The notes under the pieces: model-generated | Databases searched by the model: none | Seen by the model: the letters and a program-made list of their open reading frames with translations, nothing else | What the model was told of the DNA's origin: nothing | Assembly (NCBI GenBank): GCA_041191945.1 | Contig: JBEENX010000004.1 | Span: 7,051 to 71,050, forward strand | DNA from: Bacteroidota bacterium | GTDB taxonomy: Bacteria; Bacteroidota; Bacteroidia; Flavobacteriales; Flavobacteriaceae | Reading direction: 5' to 3' | DNA: 64,000 nt | Program-made: the position numbers and the translations under genes | Shown: positions 20,782 to 29,479 of the stretch, piece by piece | How the letters are laid out: the number at the start of each line of letters is the position of its first letter | Numbering within the stretch: position 1 is the first letter of the stretch

Positions 20782-21563
20782 AAAGTTATTGTCGTATAAG
20801 TAGCCGTTTTGTTTTGCAACATTCGGTGGTGTCCAATTCTAATTTGTTTTACCCCTTTAGATAAACTGTTGAAACAGTTGTCTAATTTAGGAATCATTCC
20901 GGAATGAATGGCTTGTTCTGCTTTTAATTTGGCATACAAATCCGGATTAATCTCTTCAATAACTGAAGTGTCATCTTCTGCATCAAATAAAACACCTGGT
21001 TTTTCAAAACAATAGGTGAGTGTAACCTCATAAACAGAAGATAGAGCAATAGCTAATTCGCTCGCAATAGTATCAGCATTAGTGTTTAATAATTGGCCTT
21101 TTCCGTCGTGTGTAATGGCACAAAAAACAGGGGTTATTCCTGTTTCAAGTAAACGGGCTAACAAAGTAGTATTGACTTGTTTTACATCGCCTACAAAACC
21201 ATAGTCGATTGTTGGATGGTTTCGTTTGTCAGATAAAATTAAATTGCCATCAGCTCCAGAAAATCCCATAGCGTTAGCGCCATTGGCTTGTAATTGTGCA
21301 ACTACTTCTTTATTGATTTGGCCAGCATAAACACCCACTACTACTTTGAGCATTGGGGCGTCGGTAATTCTACGTCCGTCAATCATTTGAGGAACCAATC
21401 CCATGCTTTGTGCTAATTTAGTAGCTGATTTCCCGCCTCCATGTACTAGAATGGTATTACCTTCTAAAGCAGCAAAATCAGCTAAGAACGAAGTTAATTC
21501 GATAGGGTTATCAATGATATTCCCTCCGATTTTTATAATGGATACGGATTGCTTATTTTCCAT
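20778..21563 (-). CDS. argB: Acylglutamate kinase
   Basis: IKIGG, VHGGG, GRRITD, NTNADTIA, GMIPKL. Confidence 0.95.
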   Translation of the reverse strand: MENKQSVSIIKIGGNIIDNPIELTSFLADFAALEGNTILVHGGGKSATKLAQSMGLVPQMIDGRRITDAPMLKVVVGVYAGQINKEVVAQLQANGANAMGFSGADGNLILSDKRNHPTIDYGFVGDVKQVNTTLLARLLETGITPVFCAITHDGKGQLLNTNADTIASELAIALSSVYEVTLTYCFEKPGVLFDAEDDTSVIEEINPDLYAKLKAEQAIHSGMIPKLDNCFNSLSKGVKQIRIGHHRMLQNKTATYTTITL

Positions 21564-22500
21564 CTTTTAGAATTTTTTGCAAAACCAATTGCGCTGCATA
21601 CGTTCGGTTATTGGCTTGTTCAATTACAACTGAATTTTCGCTATCAATCACTTCGTCTGCCACGATGACATTACGTCTTACAGGCAAACAGTGCATGAAT
21701 TTGGCATTGTTAGTCAACTTCATTTTTTCAGCAGTAACAGTCCAATTTGGATCTAAATTAGTTACTTTTCCGTATTCCTTGTAATTACTCCAGTTTTTAG
21801 TGTAAATGAAATCGGCATTTTCAAATGCTTTGTTTTGGTCGTATTCGATTTTTGAATCTTTTGTAATCTCAGGATTCAGCTCATAACCTTCTGGGTGCGT
21901 AATTACAAAATCAGCGTCTTGCAATTGCATCATTTGCACAAATGAATTAGCAACAGCCTGAGGTAAAGCCTTTGGATGTGGCGCCCAAGATAAAACTACT
22001 TTCGGACGGTGTGCTGTTTTGTGTTCTTCCATTGTGATGGCATCTGCCAAAGATTGTAAGGGGTGTCCCGTAGCACTTTCCATATTCACGATTGGCACCG
22101 TAGCATATTTCAAAAATCCAGACAATACGGTTTCAGCATTGTCTTTTTCTTTGTCAGTCAATCCTGCAAAAGCTCTAATAGCAATGATGTCGCAATACTG
22201 TGATACCACTTGAGCTGCTTCTTTGATGTGTTCAGAGGCACCTTGATTCATCACCGCTCCATCTTCAAATTCGAGTGTCCAACCTTCATTGGTAAAGTTC
22301 ATCACCATCACATTCATTCCTAAGTTCAACGCCGCTTTTTGCGTACTCAAACGTGTTCTTAAACTAGGATTAAAGAATAACATTCCTAAGGTTTTATTCT
22401 CGCCTAAGGCTTTATTTTGCAATGGATTTTTTTTGATTGCAATCGCTTCTTTTACCCATTCTTGAAGCGAATCTATTTCTTGTATGTTGATGTAATTCAT
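21553..22500 (-). CDS. argF': N-acyl-ornithine carbamoyltransferase ArgF' (probably N-succinylornithine type)
   Basis: FFNPSLRTR, WTLEF, HPLQ, WAPHP..LPQAV, HCLPVRRN: AOTCase/SOTCase subfamily signatures. Confidence 0.88.
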   Translation of the reverse strand: MNYINIQEIDSLQEWVKEAIAIKKNPLQNKALGENKTLGMLFFNPSLRTRLSTQKAALNLGMNVMVMNFTNEGWTLEFEDGAVMNQGASEHIKEAAQVVSQYCDIIAIRAFAGLTDKEKDNAETVLSGFLKYATVPIVNMESATGHPLQSLADAITMEEHKTAHRPKVVLSWAPHPKALPQAVANSFVQMMQLQDADFVITHPEGYELNPEITKDSKIEYDQNKAFENADFIYTKNWSNYKEYGKVTNLDPNWTVTAEKMKLTNNAKFMHCLPVRRNVIVADEVIDSENSVVIEQANNRTYAAQLVLQKILKDGK

Positions 22501-22514
22501 TACTTTATTTTTTT

Positions 22515-22567
22515 TGGACGCTGATTCAACGGATTCGCTTTGCGAAGACGCAGATAATAGCGGATTT
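22515..22567 (+). repeat. Left arm of imperfect inverted repeat flanking GxxExxY gene
   Basis: TGGACGCTGATTCAACGGATTCGCTTTGCGAAGACGCAGATAATAGCGGATTT. Confidence 0.85.
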
Positions 22568-22596
22568 ATTATTTTATATTCAATTGATTACTTTTT

Positions 22597-22977
22597 TTAT
22601 TTTCTATAATTTTCAAAAATTTTTCTTTTAAATTCAGGTTTTTTACCAAAGTTTAAAAGTAAACCAACTTCACAATCTGTACTTCTTAAATAATTTAAAA
22701 TTTGATTTTCAAAATCTTTCACAATACAATCAGCAGCTTTTAATTCTAATATTACTAAATCTTCCACTACTATATCAGCATAATATTCACCAACTTCAAC
22801 TCCTTTGTAATAAACACTAATTTTCTTTTGAGCTTCAACTTTATACCCTTTGTTTTTTAATTCTAAAAATAAAGAGTTTTGATATACTTTTTCTAGAAAA
22901 CCATATCCTAATTCATTATAAACTTCATAAAATGTTTTAATTATGCCGTCTGTTAATTCTTGATGTAATAATTCCAT
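22597..22977 (-). CDS. GxxExxY protein (PD-(D/E)XK nuclease-like)
   Basis: GFLEKVY motif, YADIVV..LVILELK, QILNYL, GLLLNFG; ATG at 22977. Confidence 0.92.
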   Translation of the reverse strand: MELLHQELTDGIIKTFYEVYNELGYGFLEKVYQNSLFLELKNKGYKVEAQKKISVYYKGVEVGEYYADIVVEDLVILELKAADCIVKDFENQILNYLRSTDCEVGLLLNFGKKPEFKRKIFENYRK

Positions 22978-22992
22978 AAAAATAATTTTCAA

Positions 22993-23046
22993 AAATCTGT
23001 TTCAATCTGTGTTTTCACGAAGTGAATCGGTGTTATCCGTGTTCCA
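22993..23046 (-). repeat. Right arm of imperfect inverted repeat flanking GxxExxY gene
   Basis: Reverse complement TGGAACACGGATAACACCGATTCACTTCGTGAAAACACAGATTGAAACAGATTT; 34/50 identical to left arm by manual alignment. Confidence 0.85.
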
Positions 23047-23047
23047 A

Positions 23048-23818
23048 TCAAATAATCTTCGTAAAAGGAATCTCGTTTTCTAAGGCTTTTAAAATGAAAT
23101 TATCTTCTAGTCCGTTGACAATCCAAGTTTCGATATTGGCGGCTTTGGCTATGGCTGCCGAATCAATTTTGGACTGCATTCCGCCCGTTCCGTGGGAGGA
23201 TTTGGCTTCGCCAATTTCTTTTTCTAAAGTTTGTAAATCCGTCACTAAACGAATCGTTTCAGGATGCGTATCGTGAATAGAGGCTTTAGTGTAAATTCCG
23301 TTGGTATTGGTTGCGATAATCAAAATATCAACATCCAATAAAACAGCTGTTAAAGCCGCTAATTTATCGTTATCCCCAAATTTAATCTCATCAGTTGATA
23401 CGGTATCATTCTCGTTAATAATTGGAATATAATTATTTTTTACCAAAACATCAATTGTGTTCACAATGTTTACTTTGGTTTCGGTTTTTTCAAAATCAGC
23501 ATACGAAAGCAAACATTGCGACGTATGCAAGCCTAAATCGCTAAAATTCTCATGGAATATCCGCATTAAATGGGGTTGACCAATAGAAGCTAAGGCTTGC
23601 TTTACAAAAATTTCGTTATCTGGAGCTTCCAGTTTAACAAATTGTTTTGCCGCAGCAATAGCTCCTGAACTTACAATTACAAACTCGTAATCGTCTTTCA
23701 GTGCTGCAATTTGCATCCCAATATCTTCAATCTTCCCTCTCGAAATATGATTGGTTTCTTTGGTGAGTGTGTTGCTTCCTATTTTTAATAAAATTCTTTT
23801 TTTACCTGATTTGTCCAT
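23048..23818 (-). CDS. proB: Glutamate 5-kinase (no PUA domain)
   Basis: LKIGS, VSSGAI, PIINEND, FGDNDKL, GTGGM.SKI. Confidence 0.95.
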   Translation of the reverse strand: MDKSGKKRILLKIGSNTLTKETNHISRGKIEDIGMQIAALKDDYEFVIVSSGAIAAAKQFVKLEAPDNEIFVKQALASIGQPHLMRIFHENFSDLGLHTSQCLLSYADFEKTETKVNIVNTIDVLVKNNYIPIINENDTVSTDEIKFGDNDKLAALTAVLLDVDILIIATNTNGIYTKASIHDTHPETIRLVTDLQTLEKEIGEAKSSHGTGGMQSKIDSAAIAKAANIETWIVNGLEDNFILKALENEIPFTKII

Positions 23819-24998
23819 CTCCGTAAATATACCATTTATTAGTTACCAAGTGCTGTAAGCCGATAGGGCCGCGTTGGTGTAATTTATCTGTGCTAATGGC
23901 TAATTCGCCTCCTAATCCAAATTGCCCTCCATCTGTAAATCGAGTAGAGGCGTTGTGATATACTGCTGCCGAATCTACATTGTTCATAAATTCTTGTGCT
24001 GTAGCCTCATTTTCTGTTATAATGGAAGCCGAATGTCCTCCGCAATACTGATTAATTTTTTCAATAGCTTCTTGGTCAGAATTTACCGTTCCAATTACAA
24101 TTTTGTAATCCAAAAACTCTTCGTACCAAATCAAATCGGATTCAATTGGAGTCACGCCTGTTACAGCCGCTACTTTTTGGTCACCCAAAACAGTTACGTT
24201 ATACTGTTGTAATAATTCAACTATTTGTTTAGTAAAAAAATCCCAATTACTTAAATTTGTGTTGATTAAAACTTTATCTAAAGCATTGCAAACTGAAATA
24301 TTCGAGGTTTTACCATTGATGATAATAGCGGTTGCTTTTTCTAAATCAGCTTCTTGATTGATGTAAACAAAATTGTTTCCGCGACCACTCACAATGACAG
24401 GACAGGTAGCATGTTGTTTTACAAAAGCAATTAATTGTTCGCCACCACGAGGAACTATTAAGTCCACACGCTGTGTTGGTTTTTCTAAAAAAGCTTGGAT
24501 TTCGGTTCGATTGTAATTGAGGTATTCTACCCAATTTTCCGAAACTTCATTTTCTCTCAAGGCCTGGTGCCAAAGTGCAACAATTTTTAAATTGGAAAGC
24601 AAAGATTCTTTACCGCCTTTCAAAAGGATTTTATTTCCGGATTTAAAAGCAATACCACCTGCTTCAACAGTAACATCGGGACGTGATTCGTAAATAATCA
24701 TTACCGTGCCAAAAGCAGCTGTTTTATTAGTGATTTTCATTCCTTTTTCATGAACAAAATGAAAGCGTTCTACTCCAATAGGATCGTCTTGGCTTGCCAA
24801 TTGCTGCATTGACAAAATCATTCCGTCAATTTTAGCATCGTCAACTAATAGACGTTTTTCCATAGCTAAATCAGCTCCAGAATAATTATCCAAGTCTTGC
24901 TTGTTGATAGCTTTAAGATTGGCTCTTTCTTCTTCAAGAAGCGTTGCCATTCGGCTTAAAACTGCATTTCTTTTTGCTATTGAAAGTAGTGTACTCAT
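23802..24998 (-). CDS. proA: Glutamate-5-semialdehyde dehydrogenase
   Basis: IYESRPDVT, LKGGKE, PRGG, VCNA, NASTRFTDGGQFGLG.E..IST.KLH.RGP. Confidence 0.96.
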   Translation of the reverse strand: MSTLLSIAKRNAVLSRMATLLEEERANLKAINKQDLDNYSGADLAMEKRLLVDDAKIDGMILSMQQLASQDDPIGVERFHFVHEKGMKITNKTAAFGTVMIIYESRPDVTVEAGGIAFKSGNKILLKGGKESLLSNLKIVALWHQALRENEVSENWVEYLNYNRTEIQAFLEKPTQRVDLIVPRGGEQLIAFVKQHATCPVIVSGRGNNFVYINQEADLEKATAIIINGKTSNISVCNALDKVLINTNLSNWDFFTKQIVELLQQYNVTVLGDQKVAAVTGVTPIESDLIWYEEFLDYKIVIGTVNSDQEAIEKINQYCGGHSASIITENEATAQEFMNNVDSAAVYHNASTRFTDGGQFGLGGELAISTDKLHQRGPIGLQHLVTNKWYIYGDGQIR

Positions 24999-25002
24999 GA
25001 AA

Positions 25003-26142
25003 TTAAGATTGAATTTCGTCTAAACTTTCTCTTAAAGCAATGATAAAAGTATCTATGTCTTTCTTTTTGATTATCAGAGGAGGAAGAATTCGTAATAGAT
25101 TTTTGTTATTGGCATTTCCAGTAAAAATATGCTTGTCAATAATCATTTTTTTACGCAGTTCATTGATTTCAAAATCAAATTCAACGCCAAGCATCAATCC
25201 TTTTCCTTTTATCTTTTTTACTTCAGGAATTTGTTGAATCGCTTTTAAGAAATAAGCATATACTTCGTTGACATTGTCCATTAATTTTTGGTCTTTAATG
25301 ACATCCAAAACCGCAATTCCTGCTGCACAGGCTAAATGGCTTCCGCCAAAAGTAGTACCTAATAAACCGTAACTCGCTTTGAATTTTGGCGAAATTAAAA
25401 TTCCGCCAATTGGAAATCCGTTCCCCATTCCTTTTGCCAAACAAATAATGTCAGCTTTGATGTTGTGGTGCTGGTGTGCAAAGAATTTTCCTGTTCTTCC
25501 ATAACCTGACTGTACTTCGTCTAAAATGAGAACAACCTCATGTTGAGCGCAGACTTTTTCTAAGTTTTGGAAAAATTCGGTAGTTCCTTCGTCCAATCCG
25601 CCCACACCTTGAATTCCTTCAATAATTACACAACAAACATCGCCTTTTTTCAATTCGGCTTCAACCAATTCAATTTGGTTTAAAGGCAAAAAGGTAACTA
25701 CTTGTTGCGCGTTTAAAGGCGCTACAATTTTTTTGTTATCGGTTACTGCTACAGCTGCCGAAGTTCTTCCGTGAAAAGAGTTGTTAAATGCAATAACACG
25801 TGATTTATTGTTATGGAAAGAAGCTAGTTTAAGCGCGTTTTCATTGGCCTCAGCCCCAGAACTACACAAAAACAAACTGTAATCCTCATAACCAGATAAT
25901 TTTCCTAATTTTTCAGCTAATTCTACTTGCAATGGGTTTTGTATTGCATTGGAATAAAACCCAATAGCATCCAATTGATTTTTTAATTTCGATACATAGT
26001 GCGGGTGGGCGTGACCAATAGAAATTACGCCGTGACCACTGTATAAATCTAAATATTCTACACCCTTATCGTCTGTAATAGTGCAATCTACTGCTTTTAC
26101 AGGGGTGATATTGTATAAAGGATAAACGTCAAATAAATTCAT
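25003..26142 (-). CDS. argD: Acylornithine aminotransferase (class III PLP)
   Basis: SGAEANE, FHGRT, DEVQSG.GRTG, AKG.GNGFP, GTTFGG. Confidence 0.93.
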   Translation of the reverse strand: MNLFDVYPLYNITPVKAVDCTITDDKGVEYLDLYSGHGVISIGHAHPHYVSKLKNQLDAIGFYSNAIQNPLQVELAEKLGKLSGYEDYSLFLCSSGAEANENALKLASFHNNKSRVIAFNNSFHGRTSAAVAVTDNKKIVAPLNAQQVVTFLPLNQIELVEAELKKGDVCCVIIEGIQGVGGLDEGTTEFFQNLEKVCAQHEVVLILDEVQSGYGRTGKFFAHQHHNIKADIICLAKGMGNGFPIGGILISPKFKASYGLLGTTFGGSHLACAAGIAVLDVIKDQKLMDNVNEVYAYFLKAIQQIPEVKKIKGKGLMLGVEFDFEINELRKKMIIDKHIFTGNANNKNLLRILPPLIIKKKDIDTFIIALRESLDEIQS

Positions 26143-26150
26143 AATAAGTC

Positions 26151-26261
26151 TCCCCTGACCCCTCCAAAGGAGGGGAATTGAGCAACGGGGAAATTGTTTT
26201 ATAAGTTCATAGTTTTTATAATTATTTCTTTATTTATTTCCCCCTTTGGGGGATAGGGGGC
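26151..26261. repeat. Inverted pair of REP-like CCCC-loop-GGGG hairpins between argC and argD
   Basis: TCCCCTGACCCCTCCAAAGGAGGGGAA (26151-26177) and TTCCCCCTTTGGGGGATAGGGGGC (26238-26261). Confidence 0.75.
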
Positions 26262-27238
26262 TAAAATCCACAAGGCTTTAAATGCAATCCTGTGGTTTCT
26301 TCTAAGCCAAATAACAAGTTCATGTTTTGAATCGCTTGTCCAGAGGCTCCTTTGGTTAAATTGTCAATTATGGATGTAATTAAAAGCCGGTTTCCTTTTT
26401 TCATCAAACTGATAATACACTTGTTGGTTTGAACTACTTGTTTCATGTTGATATTAGTAGTAGTAACCGTTACAAAGGGTTGGTCAGCATAATAGGCTTC
26501 GTATTTTGCTACGATTTCTTCCAAACTATCTGTTACGGTAGTGTATAGGGTAGCAAAAATACCTCTAGCGAAATCCCCTCTGTTAGGAACAAATAGCAAT
26601 TCGTTTGGATATCCCGCTTGCAATTGCTGAATACTTTGGTTGATTTCGCCCAAATGTTGGTGTTCAAACGCTTTGTAGTGCGACATATTGTTGTTTCTCC
26701 AACTGAAGTGTGTGGTTTCTGAAGGACTTACTCCAGCCCCAGTACTTCCTGTTGTTGCGTTGATATGAACATCTTCTTTGAGCAATCCGTTTTTTGCCAA
26801 AGGCAATAAAGCCAATTGTATAGCGGTGGCAAAACAACCTGGGTTGGCAATATAATTCGCCGATTGGATAGCTGTTTTGTTCAATTCAGGTAAACCGTAA
26901 ACAAATTGTTTTCCATCAAATTCAGCGTCTTTGGTCAATCTAAAATCGTTGCCTAAGTCGATAATTTTAGTGTCGTTTGAAAATTGGTTTTGTTCTAAAA
27001 ATGCTTTTGATTTTCCGTGACCCAAACACAAGAAAACCACGTTAACGTTAGGGTTTACTTGATCTGTAAAATTCATTTCAATATCACCCATCAAATCATG
27101 ATGAGCAATCGATAAAGGCTTACCAGCATTGGTCGTGCTGTACACAAAATCTAGAGTAGCATTGGGATGAAACATCAAAATTCTGATGAGTTCTCCCGCT
27201 GTATATCCAGAACCTCCAATTATTCCAACTTTAATCAT
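26261..27238 (-). CDS. argC: N-acyl-gamma-glutamyl-phosphate reductase
   Basis: GGSGYTAGEL, YGLPE, ANPGCF, DNL.KGASGQA.QN.N. Confidence 0.96.
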   Translation of the reverse strand: MIKVGIIGGSGYTAGELIRILMFHPNATLDFVYSTTNAGKPLSIAHHDLMGDIEMNFTDQVNPNVNVVFLCLGHGKSKAFLEQNQFSNDTKIIDLGNDFRLTKDAEFDGKQFVYGLPELNKTAIQSANYIANPGCFATAIQLALLPLAKNGLLKEDVHINATTGSTGAGVSPSETTHFSWRNNNMSHYKAFEHQHLGEINQSIQQLQAGYPNELLFVPNRGDFARGIFATLYTTVTDSLEEIVAKYEAYYADQPFVTVTTTNINMKQVVQTNKCIISLMKKGNRLLITSIIDNLTKGASGQAIQNMNLLFGLEETTGLHLKPCGF

Positions 27239-28424
27239 GGCTTAGTTGATTTACTGATGAAAATATATTTTGTGCGTTTCCTAAAATCTTAATGAATCCT
27301 TTGGCATCTTCTGAAGTCCACGCATTGTTCATTTCGCCATATTGTCCAAATCCAGTATTCATCAAATCATTTTTAGATTCGATTCCGTCCAATGAGAAAT
27401 GATACGGTTTCAAAGTTACCGTTACAGTTCCGTTAACTGTTTTTTGAGTGTCTTCCAAGAAGGTTTCAATATTACGCATTACGGGATCTAAGAATTGTCC
27501 TTCGTGGAATAACATTCCGTACCAGTTGCCTAATTGCTCTTTCCAATATTGTTGCCATTTGCCTAATGTGTGTTTCTCTAGCAAATGGTGTGCTTTGATG
27601 ATAATTAATGGCGCCGCTGCTTCAAAACCAACTCTACCTTTGATTCCGATAATGGTATCACCCACGTGAATGTCTCTACCAATAGCGTAGGCATTTGCTA
27701 ATTTTTCTAAAATCACAATGTTATTTGGCGGCGTGTCTTTTTTGCCATTTACGGCAACCAATTGTCCTTCATTAAATTCCAAAGTTACTTTTTCTTCGCC
27801 TTGTTTTTGCAATTGAGAAGGGTAAGCCTCGCTTGGTAATGCTTCGTGAGACGTTAACGTTTCTTTTCCACCTACACTAGTTCCCCAAAGTCCTTTGTTG
27901 ATGGAATATTGTGCTTTTTCCCAAGAATAGTGAACACCATTTTTAGCTAAATAGTCTACTTCTTCCTGACGTGATAATTTCAAATCACGAATAGGAGTGA
28001 TGATTTCGATTTCGGGAGCGATGGTTTGGAAAATCAAATCAAAACGAATTTGGTCGTTTCCAGCACCAGTACTTCCGTGAGCAATAGCGCTTGCACCAAC
28101 CGATTTAGCATATTTAATCGCTTCAATCGCTTGAAAAACACGTTCAGCACTTACAGAAAGCGGGTAGGTGTTGTTTTTTAATACGTTTCCGTAAATTAAA
28201 TATTTGATCGCTTTATCATAGTATTTGTCAAGAATAGTAAGGTTAGCGTGTTTAGCACTTCCTAATTCGTAGGCTCTGTCTTCGATAGCTTGTAGTTCCG
28301 CTTCATCAAATCCTCCTGTATTGATTAATACGGTATGAACTTCATATCCTTTTTCGTTTTTTAAATATTTTAGGCAATAGGAGGTGTCTAATCCTCCGCT
28401 ATAGGCTAATACAACTTTTTTCAT
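27231..28424 (-). CDS. argG: Argininosuccinate synthase
   Basis: LAYSGGLDTS, AHGSTGAGNDQ.RF, IGIKGR..FE. Confidence 0.96.
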   Translation of the reverse strand: MKKVVLAYSGGLDTSYCLKYLKNEKGYEVHTVLINTGGFDEAELQAIEDRAYELGSAKHANLTILDKYYDKAIKYLIYGNVLKNNTYPLSVSAERVFQAIEAIKYAKSVGASAIAHGSTGAGNDQIRFDLIFQTIAPEIEIITPIRDLKLSRQEEVDYLAKNGVHYSWEKAQYSINKGLWGTSVGGKETLTSHEALPSEAYPSQLQKQGEEKVTLEFNEGQLVAVNGKKDTPPNNIVILEKLANAYAIGRDIHVGDTIIGIKGRVGFEAAAPLIIIKAHHLLEKHTLGKWQQYWKEQLGNWYGMLFHEGQFLDPVMRNIETFLEDTQKTVNGTVTVTLKPYHFSLDGIESKNDLMNTGFGQYGEMNNAWTSEDAKGFIKILGNAQNIFSSVNQLSHD

Positions 28425-28431
28425 GGTATAA

Positions 28432-29049
28432 TTATTTTTTTAAGAATAAGGCTTCTTTGATTTTTTTTAATCTATTAAGTACTTTTACGTTAAAGGGGTG
28501 TTTTGGCGGAATTTTTTGTTTTTCCTTTGGGTCATACAACATTCCAGTACACAGACACATTTTGTTGTCTTTACTTTTTAAAATTTCATAGTTGGTACAG
28601 GTTTGACATCCTTTCCAAAAACTTGGGTCGGTAGTTAATTCAGAAAAAGGAACCGGTTTGTATCCTAAATCCGAATTGATTTTCATTACTGCTAAACCAG
28701 TAGTGATTCCAAAAACCTTGGCATCAGGATATTTTTGAAGCGAATAATCAAATACTTTTGATTTGATTTTTTTCGCCAAACCGTGATTTCTATAATCTGG
28801 GTGAACAATTAAACCCGAATGCGCTACAAATTTTCCGTGTTCCCAACTTTCGATATAACAAAAACCAGCAAACTTACCATCAGCTAGCGCAATGATAGCG
28901 TCTTTGTTTTCCATCTTTTTTTGGATGTATTCCGGAGTTCTCTTGGCAATTCCAGTTCCTCTTAATTTAGCAGAGGTTTCAATGGTATCGCAGATTTCTT
29001 CCGCAAACTTATAATGCTCTTCTTGAGTTACAACAATTTTAATATTCAT
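28432..29049 (-). CDS. GNAT acyltransferase, putative Bacteroidota ArgA (N-acylglutamate synthase)
   Basis: RGTGIAKR, SGLIV.P.YR..GLA, C-terminal CxxC...CxC; first long gene of the arg operon, which has no other argA/argJ. Confidence 0.75.
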   Translation of the reverse strand: MNIKIVVTQEEHYKFAEEICDTIETSAKLRGTGIAKRTPEYIQKKMENKDAIIALADGKFAGFCYIESWEHGKFVAHSGLIVHPDYRNHGLAKKIKSKVFDYSLQKYPDAKVFGITTGLAVMKINSDLGYKPVPFSELTTDPSFWKGCQTCTNYEILKSKDNKMCLCTGMLYDPKEKQKIPPKHPFNVKVLNRLKKIKEALFLKK

Positions 29050-29262
29050 TTCAAGAGTTGAATTTTATAGTAGATGAAACAATAGCAATTTGTTTTGAAC
29101 CTATTGCGTTCCAAGTCATAGACCACTTATTGAAAGTGTTCCAGCTCAGTGCTAAAGGATTTAAAATGTAATTCTTAGGATATATACATCCAGTGTCAAA
29201 CGAAAATGATTTCAAAACGGTAAATTGAAAAATGAATAAATGATTAAAACATATTATGGATA

Positions 29263-29349
29263 CTATATAGATAGTGTCCGTACCTCGGGAGAGGTAATCA
29301 AAATGTTTATCCGTGATAAAGAAGTTATATGTAAACTGATTTTATTCAT
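29263..29349 (-). CDS. Candidate leader peptide of the arg operon, MNKISLHITSLSRINILITSPEVRTLSI (not in ORF track)
   Basis: ATG 6 nt after a TATTTTTG promoter element; both Arg codons are CGG; internal hairpin TACCTC-TCCC-GAGGTA. Confidence 0.55.
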   Translation of the reverse strand: MNKISLHITSLSRINILITSPEVRTLSI

Positions 29350-29355
29350 CGAGGA

Positions 29356-29363
29356 CAAAAATA
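29356..29363 (-). promoter_or_regulatory. -7 element of arg operon promoter
   Basis: TATTTTTG on minus strand; no clear -33 TTG. Confidence 0.6.
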
Positions 29364-29437
29364 CAACTTTTTTTATAAAATCGGGACGATTGTGTGTTTT
29401 CTAACATTTTTTTACTGCAATGTTAGGATGTGTAAAT

Positions 29438-29471
29438 AAAAAAAACTCGTTGAATTTAATTCAACGAGTTT
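29438..29471 (-). terminator. Intrinsic terminator
   Basis: AAACTCGTTGAA-TTTAA-TTCAACGAGTTT with A tract on the left. Confidence 0.8.
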
Positions 29472-29479
29472 GTAAGCAA

